NCBI GenBank assembly: GCA_019244185.1
Contig: JAFATB010000015.1
Span: 25,109 to 89,108, forward strand
From: Acidobacteriota bacterium
Lineage (GTDB): Bacteria; Acidobacteriota; Thermoanaerobaculia; Gp7-AA8
Direction of reading: 5' to 3'
DNA: 64,000 bases
Positions within the stretch are counted from its first letter, which is position 1, and every line of letters starts with the position of its first letter. Made by a program: the position numbers and the translations under genes. Of this stretch, positions 9,890-22,281 are shown piece by piece. The notes under the pieces were generated by a model. It saw only the letters and a program-made list of their open reading frames with translations. It ran no database searches and had not been told where the DNA came from.

Positions 9890-10734
9890 CTCGCGGCTTC
9901 GAGCGCGTCGAACAACTGCTGCAGCGTGGTCGTGACCTCGCCGCGGCGGCTGTTGCCGATCACGCGGCCGTCGATCTCCGCGACCGGCATCACGCCTTGC
10001 GTGGTGCTGGTGATGAACGCCTCGTCGAGGTCGAAGAGCTCGGCCTCGCGCAGGGGGCGTTCGTCGACGCGGATCTTCGCGCCGAGCGCGAGATCGATGA
10101 CGCGGTCGCGCACCACGCCGGGCAGGATGTGCTCGTCGAGCGGATGCGTGACGAGATGTCCGTTCTTGACCGCGAAGAAGTTCGAGCCGGCGCCTTCGCG
10201 CACGAATCCATCCGCCAGCATCAGCGCCTCCGTCGCGCCGGCGCGCTGCGCCTCTTTCTTCGCGATCGCGTTCGCAAGGAGGTTGACGGATTTCACGTGA
10301 CAGCCGTGCCAGCGGAGATCGCGCGTCGTGATGACGCGGATGCCGAGCTCTTTCTTCGCCGCGTCGGGAAATGCGAAGCGGCGCGAGTACGCGACGGCGG
10401 TGGGCGTCAGCGCGTCCGGCCAGAAGTGACTGCGCTCCGCTTCGCCGCGCGAGACCTGGATGTAGACGATGCCGTCGTCGAACGCGGTGCGCGCGAGCAG
10501 CTCGCGAATCGTCGCCGCGAACGCGTCGGCGTCGGCCCAAGCCGCCGCGATCTCGAGCGTGCGCAGGCTGATCTCCAGCCGCCGGAAATGCTCGCGCAGA
10601 AAGATCGGACGTTTGCCGAGGAACTTGAAGACTTCGTAGACCGCGTCGCCGAACTGGAAGCCGCGGTCTTCGACGCCGAGGACGCGCTCGTCGGTCGTGG
10701 TGAAACGGCCGTTGATGTAGAGGGCGTCCGCCAT
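9886..10734 (-). CDS. dat: Class IV PLP aminotransferase (D-amino acid aminotransferase-like)
   Basis: DRGFQFGDAVYEV, KSVNLLAN, EGAGSNFF, ILPGVVR and EAFITST motifs. Confidence 0.85.
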   Translation of the reverse strand: MADALYINGRFTTTDERVLGVEDRGFQFGDAVYEVFKFLGKRPIFLREHFRRLEISLRTLEIAAAWADADAFAATIRELLARTAFDDGIVYIQVSRGEAERSHFWPDALTPTAVAYSRRFAFPDAAKKELGIRVITTRDLRWHGCHVKSVNLLANAIAKKEAQRAGATEALMLADGFVREGAGSNFFAVKNGHLVTHPLDEHILPGVVRDRVIDLALGAKIRVDERPLREAELFDLDEAFITSTTQGVMPVAEIDGRVIGNSRRGEVTTTLQQLFDALEAAS

Positions 10735-11930
10735 CAGACCTGCACTGCTTTCACGATGACGATGGTGCGGTCGTCCTCGTCGTCGCGGCCCCACTTCGCC
10801 ACGCGCGCGAGCACTTCCTGCCCGATCTCCTGCGCGCTGCGCTGGCGGTTCGCCTTGACGAGCCGGAGAAAGCGCTCGGTGCCGAACTCGTTGTCGTGCT
10901 TGTCGTGCGCCTCGATGATGCCGTCCGAGTACATGCAGACGAGATCGCCCGCCTCGAGCTTGGCGAAGCCGCGCGTGTAGGTGGCGTCGGGCGTCGGACC
11001 GAGCACCGGGCCGCCGTTGCGCAGGAATTCTTCCTTGCCGTTCGCGCGGATGATGAACGGCGGATTGTGCCCGGCGTTGCAGTAGATGAGGATGCCGCCC
11101 GTTTCGAGCTCGCCGTAGAAGAGTGACACGAACTTCGTCGTGAGACGGCCGCGATGGATGATGTGGTTCAGCTTCTCGAGCGTGCGCACGATCTTGAAGT
11201 CGCGATCGGTGGCCATGCGCAGTCCCATGTAGACGTCGCGCACGACGAGCGCCGCGGGCAGGCCGTGGCCGGAGCCGTCGGCGATGGCCAGGCCGAGGAT
11301 GTTGTCGGAGACGGGGATGAAATCGTAGAAGTCGCCGCTCACGATTTCGGCGGGCACGGTGCGGCCCCAGATGTCGTAGCCGGCGTACTGCGGAATGCGC
11401 TGCGGCAGGATCGACTGCTGGATGCGCTGCGCCTCGACGATGAGCGACTCGAAGCGCTGCGCGCGCATCTTCTGGTTGATCGCGTAGCGGACGAGGTTCA
11501 GCGAGAAGAGGATGTCCTCGCGGCTCAGCTCGGGCGAGACGTTGAACGCGACGATGTAGTCCTCGTCGCCGACCGAGATCGCGCAGAAGCGCCGCGCGCC
11601 GAGCTTCTTTTCGAGCACCGGATCGACGCCGGGATCGGTGGGATCCATGACCATGATCCCGTTCTCGAGCACGAGCTCGATGGGCCGGTAGTCTTTCGGC
11701 ACGTTGATCCCGAGCTCGCCGTCATGCGCCTGTCCGAAGCGCGCCATGAGCTCGTAGCAGTCGTCGCGCATCTCGTAGACGCGCCCGCCGGTGATGCCGA
11801 GCTGGTCGCGGAAGTTGGACGCGATCGTCTCGGCGATCTGCGCCACCGCGGCGGTCGTGGTGTCGGAACCTGAGGTATCGATCGCTTCGAGCGTGCGCTC
11901 GACCTGGGTGAGGAGGCGTTTGTAATCCAT
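10734..11930 (-). CDS. PP2C/SpoIIE (RsbU-like) serine phosphatase with GAF-like N-terminus
   Basis: SGDFYD, IADGSGHG, NAGHNPP, YSDGIIEA and DDRT motifs. Confidence 0.9.
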   Translation of the reverse strand: MDYKRLLTQVERTLEAIDTSGSDTTTAAVAQIAETIASNFRDQLGITGGRVYEMRDDCYELMARFGQAHDGELGINVPKDYRPIELVLENGIMVMDPTDPGVDPVLEKKLGARRFCAISVGDEDYIVAFNVSPELSREDILFSLNLVRYAINQKMRAQRFESLIVEAQRIQQSILPQRIPQYAGYDIWGRTVPAEIVSGDFYDFIPVSDNILGLAIADGSGHGLPAALVVRDVYMGLRMATDRDFKIVRTLEKLNHIIHRGRLTTKFVSLFYGELETGGILIYCNAGHNPPFIIRANGKEEFLRNGGPVLGPTPDATYTRGFAKLEAGDLVCMYSDGIIEAHDKHDNEFGTERFLRLVKANRQRSAQEIGQEVLARVAKWGRDDEDDRTIVIVKAVQV

Positions 11931-11936
11931 GGATAT

Positions 11937-12197
11937 CTATGAATGCCGCGTGCGTTCGTTGCGCGCGCGAATGCGGTCGACCCGCTCCTGCTCCCAGCGG
12001 TCGCGGTCCGCGTTCGCTTCTTCGATCGAGCGGTATTTGCGGACGCCGCGGGGGATGCAGGTGCCGACGCCGTTGACGAGCGCTCCCGAGAGCTGCCACA
12101 GGAAGCGAATTTTGTCTGGGATCGCCGGATCGCCCGCGTCGAGCATGATCGCGGGATCGGGCATCTCCTCGACGGACCTGTATTTATAAACCGGCAT
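11937..12197 (-). CDS. Small hypothetical protein coupled to a nucleotidyltransferase (putative antitoxin-like partner)
   Basis: Overlaps upstream gene, RBS GGAAGG; internal repeat VYKYRSVEEM / VRKYRSIEEA. Confidence 0.7.
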   Translation of the reverse strand: MPVYKYRSVEEMPDPAIMLDAGDPAIPDKIRFLWQLSGALVNGVGTCIPRGVRKYRSIEEANADRDRWEQERVDRIRARNERTRHS

Positions 12198-12663
12198 CGC
12201 CTTCCAGCCAAGGATACTTCGCGCGCAGGCGGAGCGCGTCGGCTTTGTCGTGAAGCCTGACGGAGTTGCTCTTCAGTTCATACAGTTTCGCGGCGGTTGC
12301 CACGCGAATCGCGATGCCTTCGTATTCGATGAGTTCCGACGAGAGGCTGTCGTACGTGATGTCATCGAGGCGGGTGAGGAAGTCGACGTTGAACGTCTCG
12401 CCGGGCGGCCCGTACGCGATGAGCGGATAGTCGCCGATGAGATCGTCCGCACAAATCTCGTCGACGTGCGGATCATCCCAGACGCAGCGAAGAGCGCGCT
12501 TCAGACGCTCGATGTTCGTGCGTTCAGGCCGGATGAAAAAGTCTGCGTCCGTGCTCGCGCGGACGACACCCTGGAAGCAAAGCGCCACCGCACCGAACGT
12601 GATGTAGTCGACACCTTCACGATTCATCGCATCGATGAACGCGAAGACCTTGTCGAAATCCAT
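12184..12663 (-). CDS. Pol-beta superfamily nucleotidyltransferase (AbiEii/DUF6036-like)
   Basis: YITFGAVAL...RASTDADF (GG-like motif plus DxD), VDFL, LYELK...R.HDKAD. Confidence 0.8.
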   Translation of the reverse strand: MDFDKVFAFIDAMNREGVDYITFGAVALCFQGVVRASTDADFFIRPERTNIERLKRALRCVWDDPHVDEICADDLIGDYPLIAYGPPGETFNVDFLTRLDDITYDSLSSELIEYEGIAIRVATAAKLYELKSNSVRLHDKADALRLRAKYPWLEGDAGL

Positions 12664-14792
12664 TACTTCAACTCCACCCCATCCAACTCATACGGCGCCT
12701 TCACTCCCAGCTGCCCCAGCACGGTTGGGTAGATATCGCCGATATAGGGCGCGCGGTTGGTGGCGAGCTTGCGGTTGGTGAAGAAGATGCCTTTCACGAT
12801 CTCGGGGTCGACGGAGCAGTGGTCGCCGCTCCACACCGCTTTGTTCGGCTCGAAGACTTCCTTCGGGACGCCGCCGAGCGAGGTTTGCCAGGAGACGCGG
12901 TAGCCATTGTTGTTCATGACGAAGAGGTCGGGGATCATGTTCGGGTCGAACTTCTTGTACGCCTCTTCGCGTGCGAGGACGCGGCGGACCGGGTGCTGGC
13001 CGGTGGCGGGATCCACCATGGCCACGAGCTTCGTTTTCAATTCCTGTTTGAGCGCGTCGTATTCGGGGCCGGGATTCACGATGCCGTGCGCCTCGCGGCC
13101 TTTGAGGTTGATGTAGACCTCGCCGAGTCCCATCGCGTACGCGCGCGTCTTCGACCAGTCGACGTTCTCCCAGAACTGTCCGGAGTCGAAGAGCATTTCG
13201 ACGTTGCGCTCCTTCACCTGCACGCCGCTCTTGAGCGTCATGTAGCCGTTGAGCACGAGCCAGGTGTTGTAGTGGACGTGCGTGCGGAACGACGCGAAGC
13301 CGTGGTCGGAGACGACGTAAAGCGTCGCGTGTTGTTTCTCCGCGGCGGCCATCGCATCGCCGACGATGCTGTCCATCAGCTGATACGCGCGCAGAAGCGC
13401 GTCGCCCCACTTCGCGGCGAGCTTCGGATCGTAGGCGGGGTGCGTCGGATCGACGACGCGCCAGAACACGTGGCCGACGCGATCGGGGAATTCGAAGCAC
13501 TGCACCACGAGATCGTCGCCGCGGCCGAGGAACGAGCCGAACATCTTCCGCGACTGATTCACCGTCCACGTCATGTCGTCCCAGAAGATCTGCTCGGTGG
13601 CGAAGCCCTCGGAGATCGCCCACGTGTCGATCTGCCAGCCGAGCGTCTTGTAGAGGCCGAGGTCTTTCGCGACCTGCGGCGCCCAATTCACGGGCGTCGA
13701 GACGCGGAAGCCCGGCGGCAGGTTGCGCGGATCGAAGTTGATCGGCGAGAGATACAGCTTGATCTCCGGCTGCGAGGAGATGAGGTGAAAACGACTGATT
13801 CCGTGGATCTTGATCAGCGGATTGAAGGGGAAAACGAAGTCCACCCAGCCGGTCCACTGCCCCGGTTTGAGGGTGAACTTCTGGCCGCTCACGGCGATGT
13901 CGATCGAGTTGCGATCGTTCGCGACGGTGACGGTCATCGGGATGGAGATGAACGGCGGATCGTTGAACAGTTTGTTCGGCGGTCCCTGAATCTGCGTTTG
14001 GATGACGCCTTTGTTGTCCTCGAGCTGGACGACCTCGATGGAGAATTCATTCGATCCGCTGCCGCCGGCCGGTTTGAAGTCGAGCTCGGACGTGAAGTAG
14101 AACGGCTTGCCGACGCGGCCGGAGACGTCGGGCACGCCGAGGCCGGAGAGCATGTGCCCTTCGTCGAAGTCGGTCGCGGGGAACGTGACGGGCACGTGGA
14201 CGATGGTCGCCTTCTTCCCCGCTTTCGACGCCGCGTCCCAGAACGGGATGCCCTGCCTGCGGTTGATGACGCCGGGACGCGTCACCGGGATGTACTTCTT
14301 CACGGCGACGAACATCCCTGCCGCGAGCACGACGCCGATGACGATGGCGATCGACGCGCCGGCGCGCCGGCGCAGCGCAAACAGAATCGCGGCGATGATG
14401 ACGAAGAGCAGCGCGACGCCGCCCGCAAATGCGATCGGATTGCGCTCGCCGAGGAGAAACGGTTCTTTCGTCTCGTCGAAGGCGGCGAAGACGGGCAGGT
14501 ACGTTTTCGGATCGCGGCGGAGGAAGTCGAAGATGCCGGTGCGGCCGGGATCGATGCCGGTGCTGAACGTCGACCACGACACCGGCGTCTGCGCGGGCGT
14601 CGTCGGCAGGAGCGGACGGAACGTTCCTTCCGCGCGCAGGCGCGCGAGATTCGGCAGTTTCCCCTCGTTCATCCAGCGTTCGGTGTAGCCGGCATCGACG
14701 CCGTCGAAGCCGAGCACGATCACTTTCTGCTGCGCGTACGTGGCCGCGGCGCCGAGGAGCGCGGCGAGGAGGATCAGTCGTCGGAAAAGCAT
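12663..14792 (-). CDS. Alkaline phosphatase superfamily protein (type I phosphodiesterase/nucleotide pyrophosphatase), membrane anchored
   Basis: VLGFDGVD, PAQTPVSW, DRVGH, SDHGF and SGDH motifs; signal peptide plus two internal TM helices. Confidence 0.85.
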   Translation of the reverse strand: MLFRRLILLAALLGAAATYAQQKVIVLGFDGVDAGYTERWMNEGKLPNLARLRAEGTFRPLLPTTPAQTPVSWSTFSTGIDPGRTGIFDFLRRDPKTYLPVFAAFDETKEPFLLGERNPIAFAGGVALLFVIIAAILFALRRRAGASIAIVIGVVLAAGMFVAVKKYIPVTRPGVINRRQGIPFWDAASKAGKKATIVHVPVTFPATDFDEGHMLSGLGVPDVSGRVGKPFYFTSELDFKPAGGSGSNEFSIEVVQLEDNKGVIQTQIQGPPNKLFNDPPFISIPMTVTVANDRNSIDIAVSGQKFTLKPGQWTGWVDFVFPFNPLIKIHGISRFHLISSQPEIKLYLSPINFDPRNLPPGFRVSTPVNWAPQVAKDLGLYKTLGWQIDTWAISEGFATEQIFWDDMTWTVNQSRKMFGSFLGRGDDLVVQCFEFPDRVGHVFWRVVDPTHPAYDPKLAAKWGDALLRAYQLMDSIVGDAMAAAEKQHATLYVVSDHGFASFRTHVHYNTWLVLNGYMTLKSGVQVKERNVEMLFDSGQFWENVDWSKTRAYAMGLGEVYINLKGREAHGIVNPGPEYDALKQELKTKLVAMVDPATGQHPVRRVLAREEAYKKFDPNMIPDLFVMNNNGYRVSWQTSLGGVPKEVFEPNKAVWSGDHCSVDPEIVKGIFFTNRKLATNRAPYIGDIYPTVLGQLGVKAPYELDGVELK

Positions 14793-14856
14793 CGCGCGTC
14801 ATCATAGCGGGTTGAGGTACGCTCCTTGTAACGCGCACATCGGAGGAGTTAACACG

Positions 14857-16407
14857 ATGAAAACTCGCCAGTTCCTCGCGGCCGCGATCGCCGCGACTCT
14901 CATGCTGGCCTGCGGCGGCAGCGGAGAAAAGAAATCAGGCGGCGCCGCGGACACCAACCGTCTCGTCACGATGCTGATGAGCAGCCCGACGAATCTCGAT
15001 TCTCGCGTCGGCAACGACAACGCCTCGGGGCGCATCGCCGATCTCGCCTACAGCGGCTTGATCAAAGTGACGCCGGAGCTCGACTACGCGCCCGACATCG
15101 CGCAGAGCTGGGAAACGCCCGACGACAAGACGATCGTCTTCCACCTCAATCCGAACGCGAAGTTTCAGGACGGCCGCCCCGTCACCGCGGAAGATGTGAA
15201 GTGGACGTACGACTCGCTGCGCGATCCGAACTTCACGTCGTCGAAGAAATCGGGCTACGCCGTCGTGCAGTCGATCGAGGCGGCGAATCCGCAGACCGTC
15301 ATCTTCCATCTCTCCGAACCGAACGGCGGCATCTTCGACAACCTCACGCTCGGCATCCTGCCGAAAGGCTTCGACGCGAACACCGCGAAGACGAAGCCGG
15401 TCACCGCGGGGCCGTACAAGATCGTCGACTTCCGCACGGACGAAGTCGTGGAGCTCGAGGCGTTCGACGGCTGGCACGGCGGCGCGCCGAAGATCAAGCA
15501 CATCACCGTGCGCATCATCCCTGACGACACGACGCGTGTCCTCGAGCTGCGGCGCGGCACGATCGACCTCGAGACGAATGCGATTCCGTTCGAGAACGTC
15601 GCCGAGTTCGAGAAAGACGGCAAGCATCAGGTCATCAAGAAGCCCGGCTCGGTGTGGCAGTACCTCGCCTTCAATCTGAAGGATCCGATCCTCTCGAAGG
15701 TCGAAGTGCGCCGCGCGATCGCGCACGCGATCGACCGCGACCGCATCGTGCGTGACCTTCTGCGCGGCCACGGCGTGCCGACCGACTCGATGTTCGCGCA
15801 GGGACACTGGGCGCGCGCGGAGAACCTGCCGACGTATCCGTACGATCCGGCCAAGGCGAAGCAGCTCCTCGATCAGGCGGGCTACAAGGATCCCGACGGC
15901 GAAGGTCCGCAGATGCGCTTCTCGGTCACGTTCAAGACGTCGACGAACGCGGAATCGAACCAGCGCGCGGAGATGATCCAGCAGATGCTGCGGCAGGTCG
16001 GCATCGACATGAAGATCCAGTCGAGCGAGACCGGCGCGTTCCTCGAGGACATCGGCAAGGGCAACTTCCAGATGTACTCGTTCACGCGAAACGGCATCCA
16101 GGATCCCGACTTTTACTCGATCATCTTCTACTCGAAGAACTTCCCGCCCGAGGGGCAGAACCGCGGGTATTACAGCAACCCGCGCGTCGATCAGCTGATC
16201 GTCGAAGGACGGTCCACATTCGACCGCGCGAAGCGCAAACAGATCTATGGCGAGATCCAGCGCATCGTGCAGGAAGACCTGCCGTACGTCTCGCTGTACC
16301 ACCAGGTCAACGTCGCGGTGATGGACAAGGACGTGCAGGGTTACGTGATGTATCCGGCGGGCTTCCTGTTGTCGCTGCCGCAGATGAGCCGCAAGCCGCA
16401 GCAGTGA
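14857..16407 (+). CDS. ABC transporter substrate-binding lipoprotein, family 5 (peptide/nickel)
   Basis: Lipobox LAC, KFQDGRPVTAEDVKWT, GPYK, VRRAIAHAIDR, YSNPRVDQL. Confidence 0.92.
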   Translation: MKTRQFLAAAIAATLMLACGGSGEKKSGGAADTNRLVTMLMSSPTNLDSRVGNDNASGRIADLAYSGLIKVTPELDYAPDIAQSWETPDDKTIVFHLNPNAKFQDGRPVTAEDVKWTYDSLRDPNFTSSKKSGYAVVQSIEAANPQTVIFHLSEPNGGIFDNLTLGILPKGFDANTAKTKPVTAGPYKIVDFRTDEVVELEAFDGWHGGAPKIKHITVRIIPDDTTRVLELRRGTIDLETNAIPFENVAEFEKDGKHQVIKKPGSVWQYLAFNLKDPILSKVEVRRAIAHAIDRDRIVRDLLRGHGVPTDSMFAQGHWARAENLPTYPYDPAKAKQLLDQAGYKDPDGEGPQMRFSVTFKTSTNAESNQRAEMIQQMLRQVGIDMKIQSSETGAFLEDIGKGNFQMYSFTRNGIQDPDFYSIIFYSKNFPPEGQNRGYYSNPRVDQLIVEGRSTFDRAKRKQIYGEIQRIVQEDLPYVSLYHQVNVAVMDKDVQGYVMYPAGFLLSLPQMSRKPQQ

Positions 16408-16415
16408 GGCGGGAG

Positions 16416-16450
16416 TGCACCTCGACGCGCGGGCCGCGCGTCGAGGTGCA
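16416..16450. terminator. Perfect 16-bp GC-rich hairpin between convergent genes (probable bidirectional terminator)
   Basis: TGCACCTCGACGCGCG-GGC-CGCGCGTCGAGGTGCA; no U-tract. Confidence 0.6.
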
Positions 16451-16462
16451 GCAGAGATTCGA

Positions 16463-17479
16463 TCAGTACGGGCCGCAGACGGTGTCGATCAGCATCGCGC
16501 AGACTTCATACGGGTCCATGTTCGCGGCGGGACGGCGGTCTTCGAAGTAGCCGTAGCCGAGGTTCGAGGTGGCCATCGGAATGCGCACGGAAGCGCCGCG
16601 GTCGCTGATGCCGTAGCGGAACTGATGGATCGGCGCGGTCTCGTGCATGCCGGTGAGACGCTCCTCGTTGTACGCGCCGTAGACCTTGATGTGGTCGTCG
16701 TGGCGCTTCTCGAGTTTGCGCATCGCCTCTTCGATGATCTTCATGCCGCCGGGCTGGCGCATCGCCTTCGTGGAGAAGTTCGTGTGCGCGCCGGCGCCGT
16801 TCCAGTCGCCCTTGACCGGCTTCGGATACAGCGTCGCGCTGATGCCAAAGTCCTCGCCGATGCGGTACAGCAACCAGCGCGCGAGCCACAGCTCGTCCGC
16901 GACGTCCAGCGGTCCGAGCGCGCCGATCTGGAACTCCCACTGCGCCGGCATCACTTCCGCGTTCGTGCCGACGATGTGGATGCCGGCCCGGATGCAGGCG
17001 TCGGCGTGCGCCTCGACGATGTCGCGTCCGAAGACTTCATCGCTGCCGACGCCGCAGTAGTAGCCGCCCTGCGGCGCCGGGAACCCGTGATCGGGCCAGC
17101 CCATCGGACGGTTCCCTTCGAAGAGCGTGTACTCCTGCTCGATGCCGAACCACGCGTCTTCGTCCGCATACTTTTCCGAGATCTGCCGCAGGTTCGCGCG
17201 CGTGTTGCTCCAGTGCACGGAGCCGTCGGGATTGAGCACCTCGCACAGGACGAGGATGTCGTTCTCGCGATGGAGCGGATCGGCGACGTGTTTGACGGGA
17301 CGCAGCAGCAGGTCGCTGAAGTGACCGGTGGCCTGCGAGGTGCTCGAGCCGTCGTATCCCCACTCGGGGATGTCGTCGAGGCGCTTGACCGGCGCGTCGA
17401 GGATTTTGGTCTTCGAGCGAAGCTTCGCCGTCGGCTTCTGTCCGTCGATCCAGATGTACTCAGCGGTGATTTTGGACAC
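16463..17479 (-). CDS. glnII: Glutamine synthetase type II
   Basis: AEYIWIDG, WGYDGSST, FGIEQEY, NAEVMPAQWEFQIG, GDWNGAGAH, RLTGMHET and EDRRPAAN motifs; 338 aa; GTG start after GGAGG. Confidence 0.95.
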   Translation of the reverse strand: MSKITAEYIWIDGQKPTAKLRSKTKILDAPVKRLDDIPEWGYDGSSTSQATGHFSDLLLRPVKHVADPLHRENDILVLCEVLNPDGSVHWSNTRANLRQISEKYADEDAWFGIEQEYTLFEGNRPMGWPDHGFPAPQGGYYCGVGSDEVFGRDIVEAHADACIRAGIHIVGTNAEVMPAQWEFQIGALGPLDVADELWLARWLLYRIGEDFGISATLYPKPVKGDWNGAGAHTNFSTKAMRQPGGMKIIEEAMRKLEKRHDDHIKVYGAYNEERLTGMHETAPIHQFRYGISDRGASVRIPMATSNLGYGYFEDRRPAANMDPYEVCAMLIDTVCGPY

Positions 17480-17576
17480 GCAAATACCTCCTACGGTTGA
17501 TGGGAATCGACCAGGGGAAATGGGGAATACTGCGGATGTTCGAAGATAGCAGAAAGCGGGCCGTGAAGGCGGGCGG

Positions 17577-18728
17577 CTAGAGCTTTTCCGAGAGCTCGCC
17601 GCCCGCGGCGGGTGCGAGCGTCTCGTCCCACACCACGACCTGATTCTTGCCCAGCGACTTCGCGCGGTACATGGCGATGTCGGCGCGGCGCAGCAACTCG
17701 CTCTTCTCGAGCTCGATCGACGTCGACGGCTGTGCGCCGGGCACGTAGCGCGCGACGCCGATCGACACCGTGAGCACGCCGCGCAGATGCAGCGCCGGCA
17801 TGCTGAAGCCCCACTCGCGGTCGAGGAACGAGGTCGACTCGACGGTGCGCCGCACTTCCTCGCAGATGCGCAGCCCTTCATCGAGCGTCATGTCGGGCAG
17901 GATCATCACGAACTCGTCGCCGCCGTAGCGCGCGACGGTCGCGTCGCCGCGCTGCACGATGCGTTTGAGGAGGAACCCGACTTCGCGCAGCACCTGGCTG
18001 CCGGCGAGATGGCCGTGGCAGTCGTTCACCCACTTGAAGCGATCGAGATCGAGAAACAGCAGCACCGCCTCGCGGCCGCTCTTGCGCGCTTCCGCGAGCG
18101 TCTCGGTCATCCGCACGTGGAACCAGCGGTCGTTGTAGAGGCCGGTCAGGTCGTCTTTCTTCGCCAGCTCGTGCGCGCGTTTCGCGTCGAGCGCGTTCTG
18201 CAGCGTGAAGGAGGTGTAGCCGGCGAAGATCTCGAGGAGCGTCATGTCGCGGCGCGTGAAGCTCTTTCCTTCCAGCCGGTTGATCAGCTCGAGGACGCCG
18301 CAGACGTGCTTGCCGATGTAAACCGGCACGGCCACGACGGAGTGCGTCTTGTGGCCGATCTGCTCGTCGATGTTGCCGTAGAAGTATTCATCCTTCTCGA
18401 CGTCCGCCGAGAGATACGGAGTGCCGGATTGATAGACGCGGCCGACGATGCCGTGCTCGGCGGAGAGGCGCTGGCCGACGAGGTTCCGCGCGGAGTCGCC
18501 GAACGTGGCGATGAAGACGAGCTCGTTCTCTTTGCGCGAGGCGACTTTGCGGAACGGGTCGTCGAGCAGGATCGAGCCGGACTCGGACGGCACGAACTCG
18601 TTCGCCTTCTGCAGGATCTGGCGGAGCACGAGGTCGAGGTCGACCTCGTTCCGCAGCGAGAGCCCCGCCTTATGCCGCTCGAGAAAGCGTTCCAACTGGG
18701 GAATCTCGAGGGAATGGAACTGGATCAT
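17577..18728 (-). CDS. GAF-GGDEF diguanylate cyclase
   Basis: GAF region (GVLELINR), DDLTGLYN, DLDRFKWVND, RYGGDEF. Confidence 0.93.
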   Translation of the reverse strand: MIQFHSLEIPQLERFLERHKAGLSLRNEVDLDLVLRQILQKANEFVPSESGSILLDDPFRKVASRKENELVFIATFGDSARNLVGQRLSAEHGIVGRVYQSGTPYLSADVEKDEYFYGNIDEQIGHKTHSVVAVPVYIGKHVCGVLELINRLEGKSFTRRDMTLLEIFAGYTSFTLQNALDAKRAHELAKKDDLTGLYNDRWFHVRMTETLAEARKSGREAVLLFLDLDRFKWVNDCHGHLAGSQVLREVGFLLKRIVQRGDATVARYGGDEFVMILPDMTLDEGLRICEEVRRTVESTSFLDREWGFSMPALHLRGVLTVSIGVARYVPGAQPSTSIELEKSELLRRADIAMYRAKSLGKNQVVVWDETLAPAAGGELSEKL

Positions 18729-18744
18729 GGCCCGAAGAGGGCCA

Positions 18745-19119
18745 TTATAAGGACTCTTCCTCCGCCGCCCACGCCTCGACTTCGAACGAGATCAGCCGGT
18801 ACGCCCGGTTGACGTCGCGCACGCGCCACCAGTGGCGCACGAACTCGGCCGCGTAACGCGCGAGAAATCCGAGGAGTCCGTGGCGGTTCACCTGCCGCAC
18901 GTGGACGAGCTCGTGACGCAGCAGTTTCTCCAGTTTCGCGCCGGTCATCGCGCCGCGGAGAAAGATGCGGCGGCCGAGTGTGATGGCGATGACGTCGCCG
19001 GCGAGAAACGGCCGCAGCCACCACGGGTAGCCTAAGCGGATCTTCGCGCGCGTCTCCGCGATGGCGGACGTCAGGCGCTCCGGAAAGATGTGGTGCTCGC
19101 CTCCTGTCATGTCAGGCAT
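18745..19119 (-). CDS. DUF4157-like HExxH protein
   Basis: AITLGRRIF...LLRHELVHVRQ...FEVEA. Confidence 0.75.
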   Translation of the reverse strand: MPDMTGGEHHIFPERLTSAIAETRAKIRLGYPWWLRPFLAGDVIAITLGRRIFLRGAMTGAKLEKLLRHELVHVRQVNRHGLLGFLARYAAEFVRHWWRVRDVNRAYRLISFEVEAWAAEEESL

Positions 19120-19158
19120 GCCGCGCCGATTTTAATCCTTCTTTCCGGAGCGCAGGAG

Positions 19159-19632
19159 TCAGTCGCGCGCGGCGCGCTTCTTCAGCGACAGCGTGAGCGC
19201 GAACGTCGCCACCGGCTCGTCGCCGAGCTTCGACGGCACGGTGGCGGTGACGTGCACGGTCGCTTCCTGCCGCTCGCCCGTTTCGAGCGTGCGCCGCAAG
19301 AGCTCCTGAATCACCGCTCCGTCGTCATTCGTGAAGTGCACGTCCCCCTCGGCGCGCTTCAGGAACTCCGCCTTCAGGTCCTTGAAGATGAAGTTCACGC
19401 GCTCGCGGCGGTCGGCGACGAGCTTGAAGGCGATGAGACCGGCGGCGACGTCCGCGCCCATGCAGAGCGTGCCGAGGTACATCGCGTGGATGTCGCGGCG
19501 GCGCGTGCGCCAGTTGAGCGGGATGCGCACGACGCAGCGGTCGGCGCTGAGCTCGAGGATCTTCGGAGAGGCCAGCCACAGAAAGAAGACGTTCTGCAGC
19601 GACCAGAGGCGGACCATCGTGGTCGGTTTCAT
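19159..19632 (-). CDS. Hotdog-fold thioesterase-like protein (DUF4442/YiiD C-terminal)
   Basis: VRIPLNWRTR, MYLGTL and AEFLKRAEGDV motifs. Confidence 0.75.
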   Translation of the reverse strand: MKPTTMVRLWSLQNVFFLWLASPKILELSADRCVVRIPLNWRTRRRDIHAMYLGTLCMGADVAAGLIAFKLVADRRERVNFIFKDLKAEFLKRAEGDVHFTNDDGAVIQELLRRTLETGERQEATVHVTATVPSKLGDEPVATFALTLSLKKRAARD

Positions 19633-19640
19633 ACGGCGAT

Positions 19641-22199
<2,559 letters not shown>

Positions 22200-22281
22200 G
22201 GCGTATGTACGGACAGAATGCCACGGCGGATGACGCACCGCCAGACCGGCCGCGTGACGGACTCCGCGCGCGACGGCAACC

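Noticed and set aside
14857-16407. Family 5 solute-binding protein as the importer for the secreted peptide
   Set aside because: About 40 kb away, with no permease genes adjacent and no sequence evidence linking the two.
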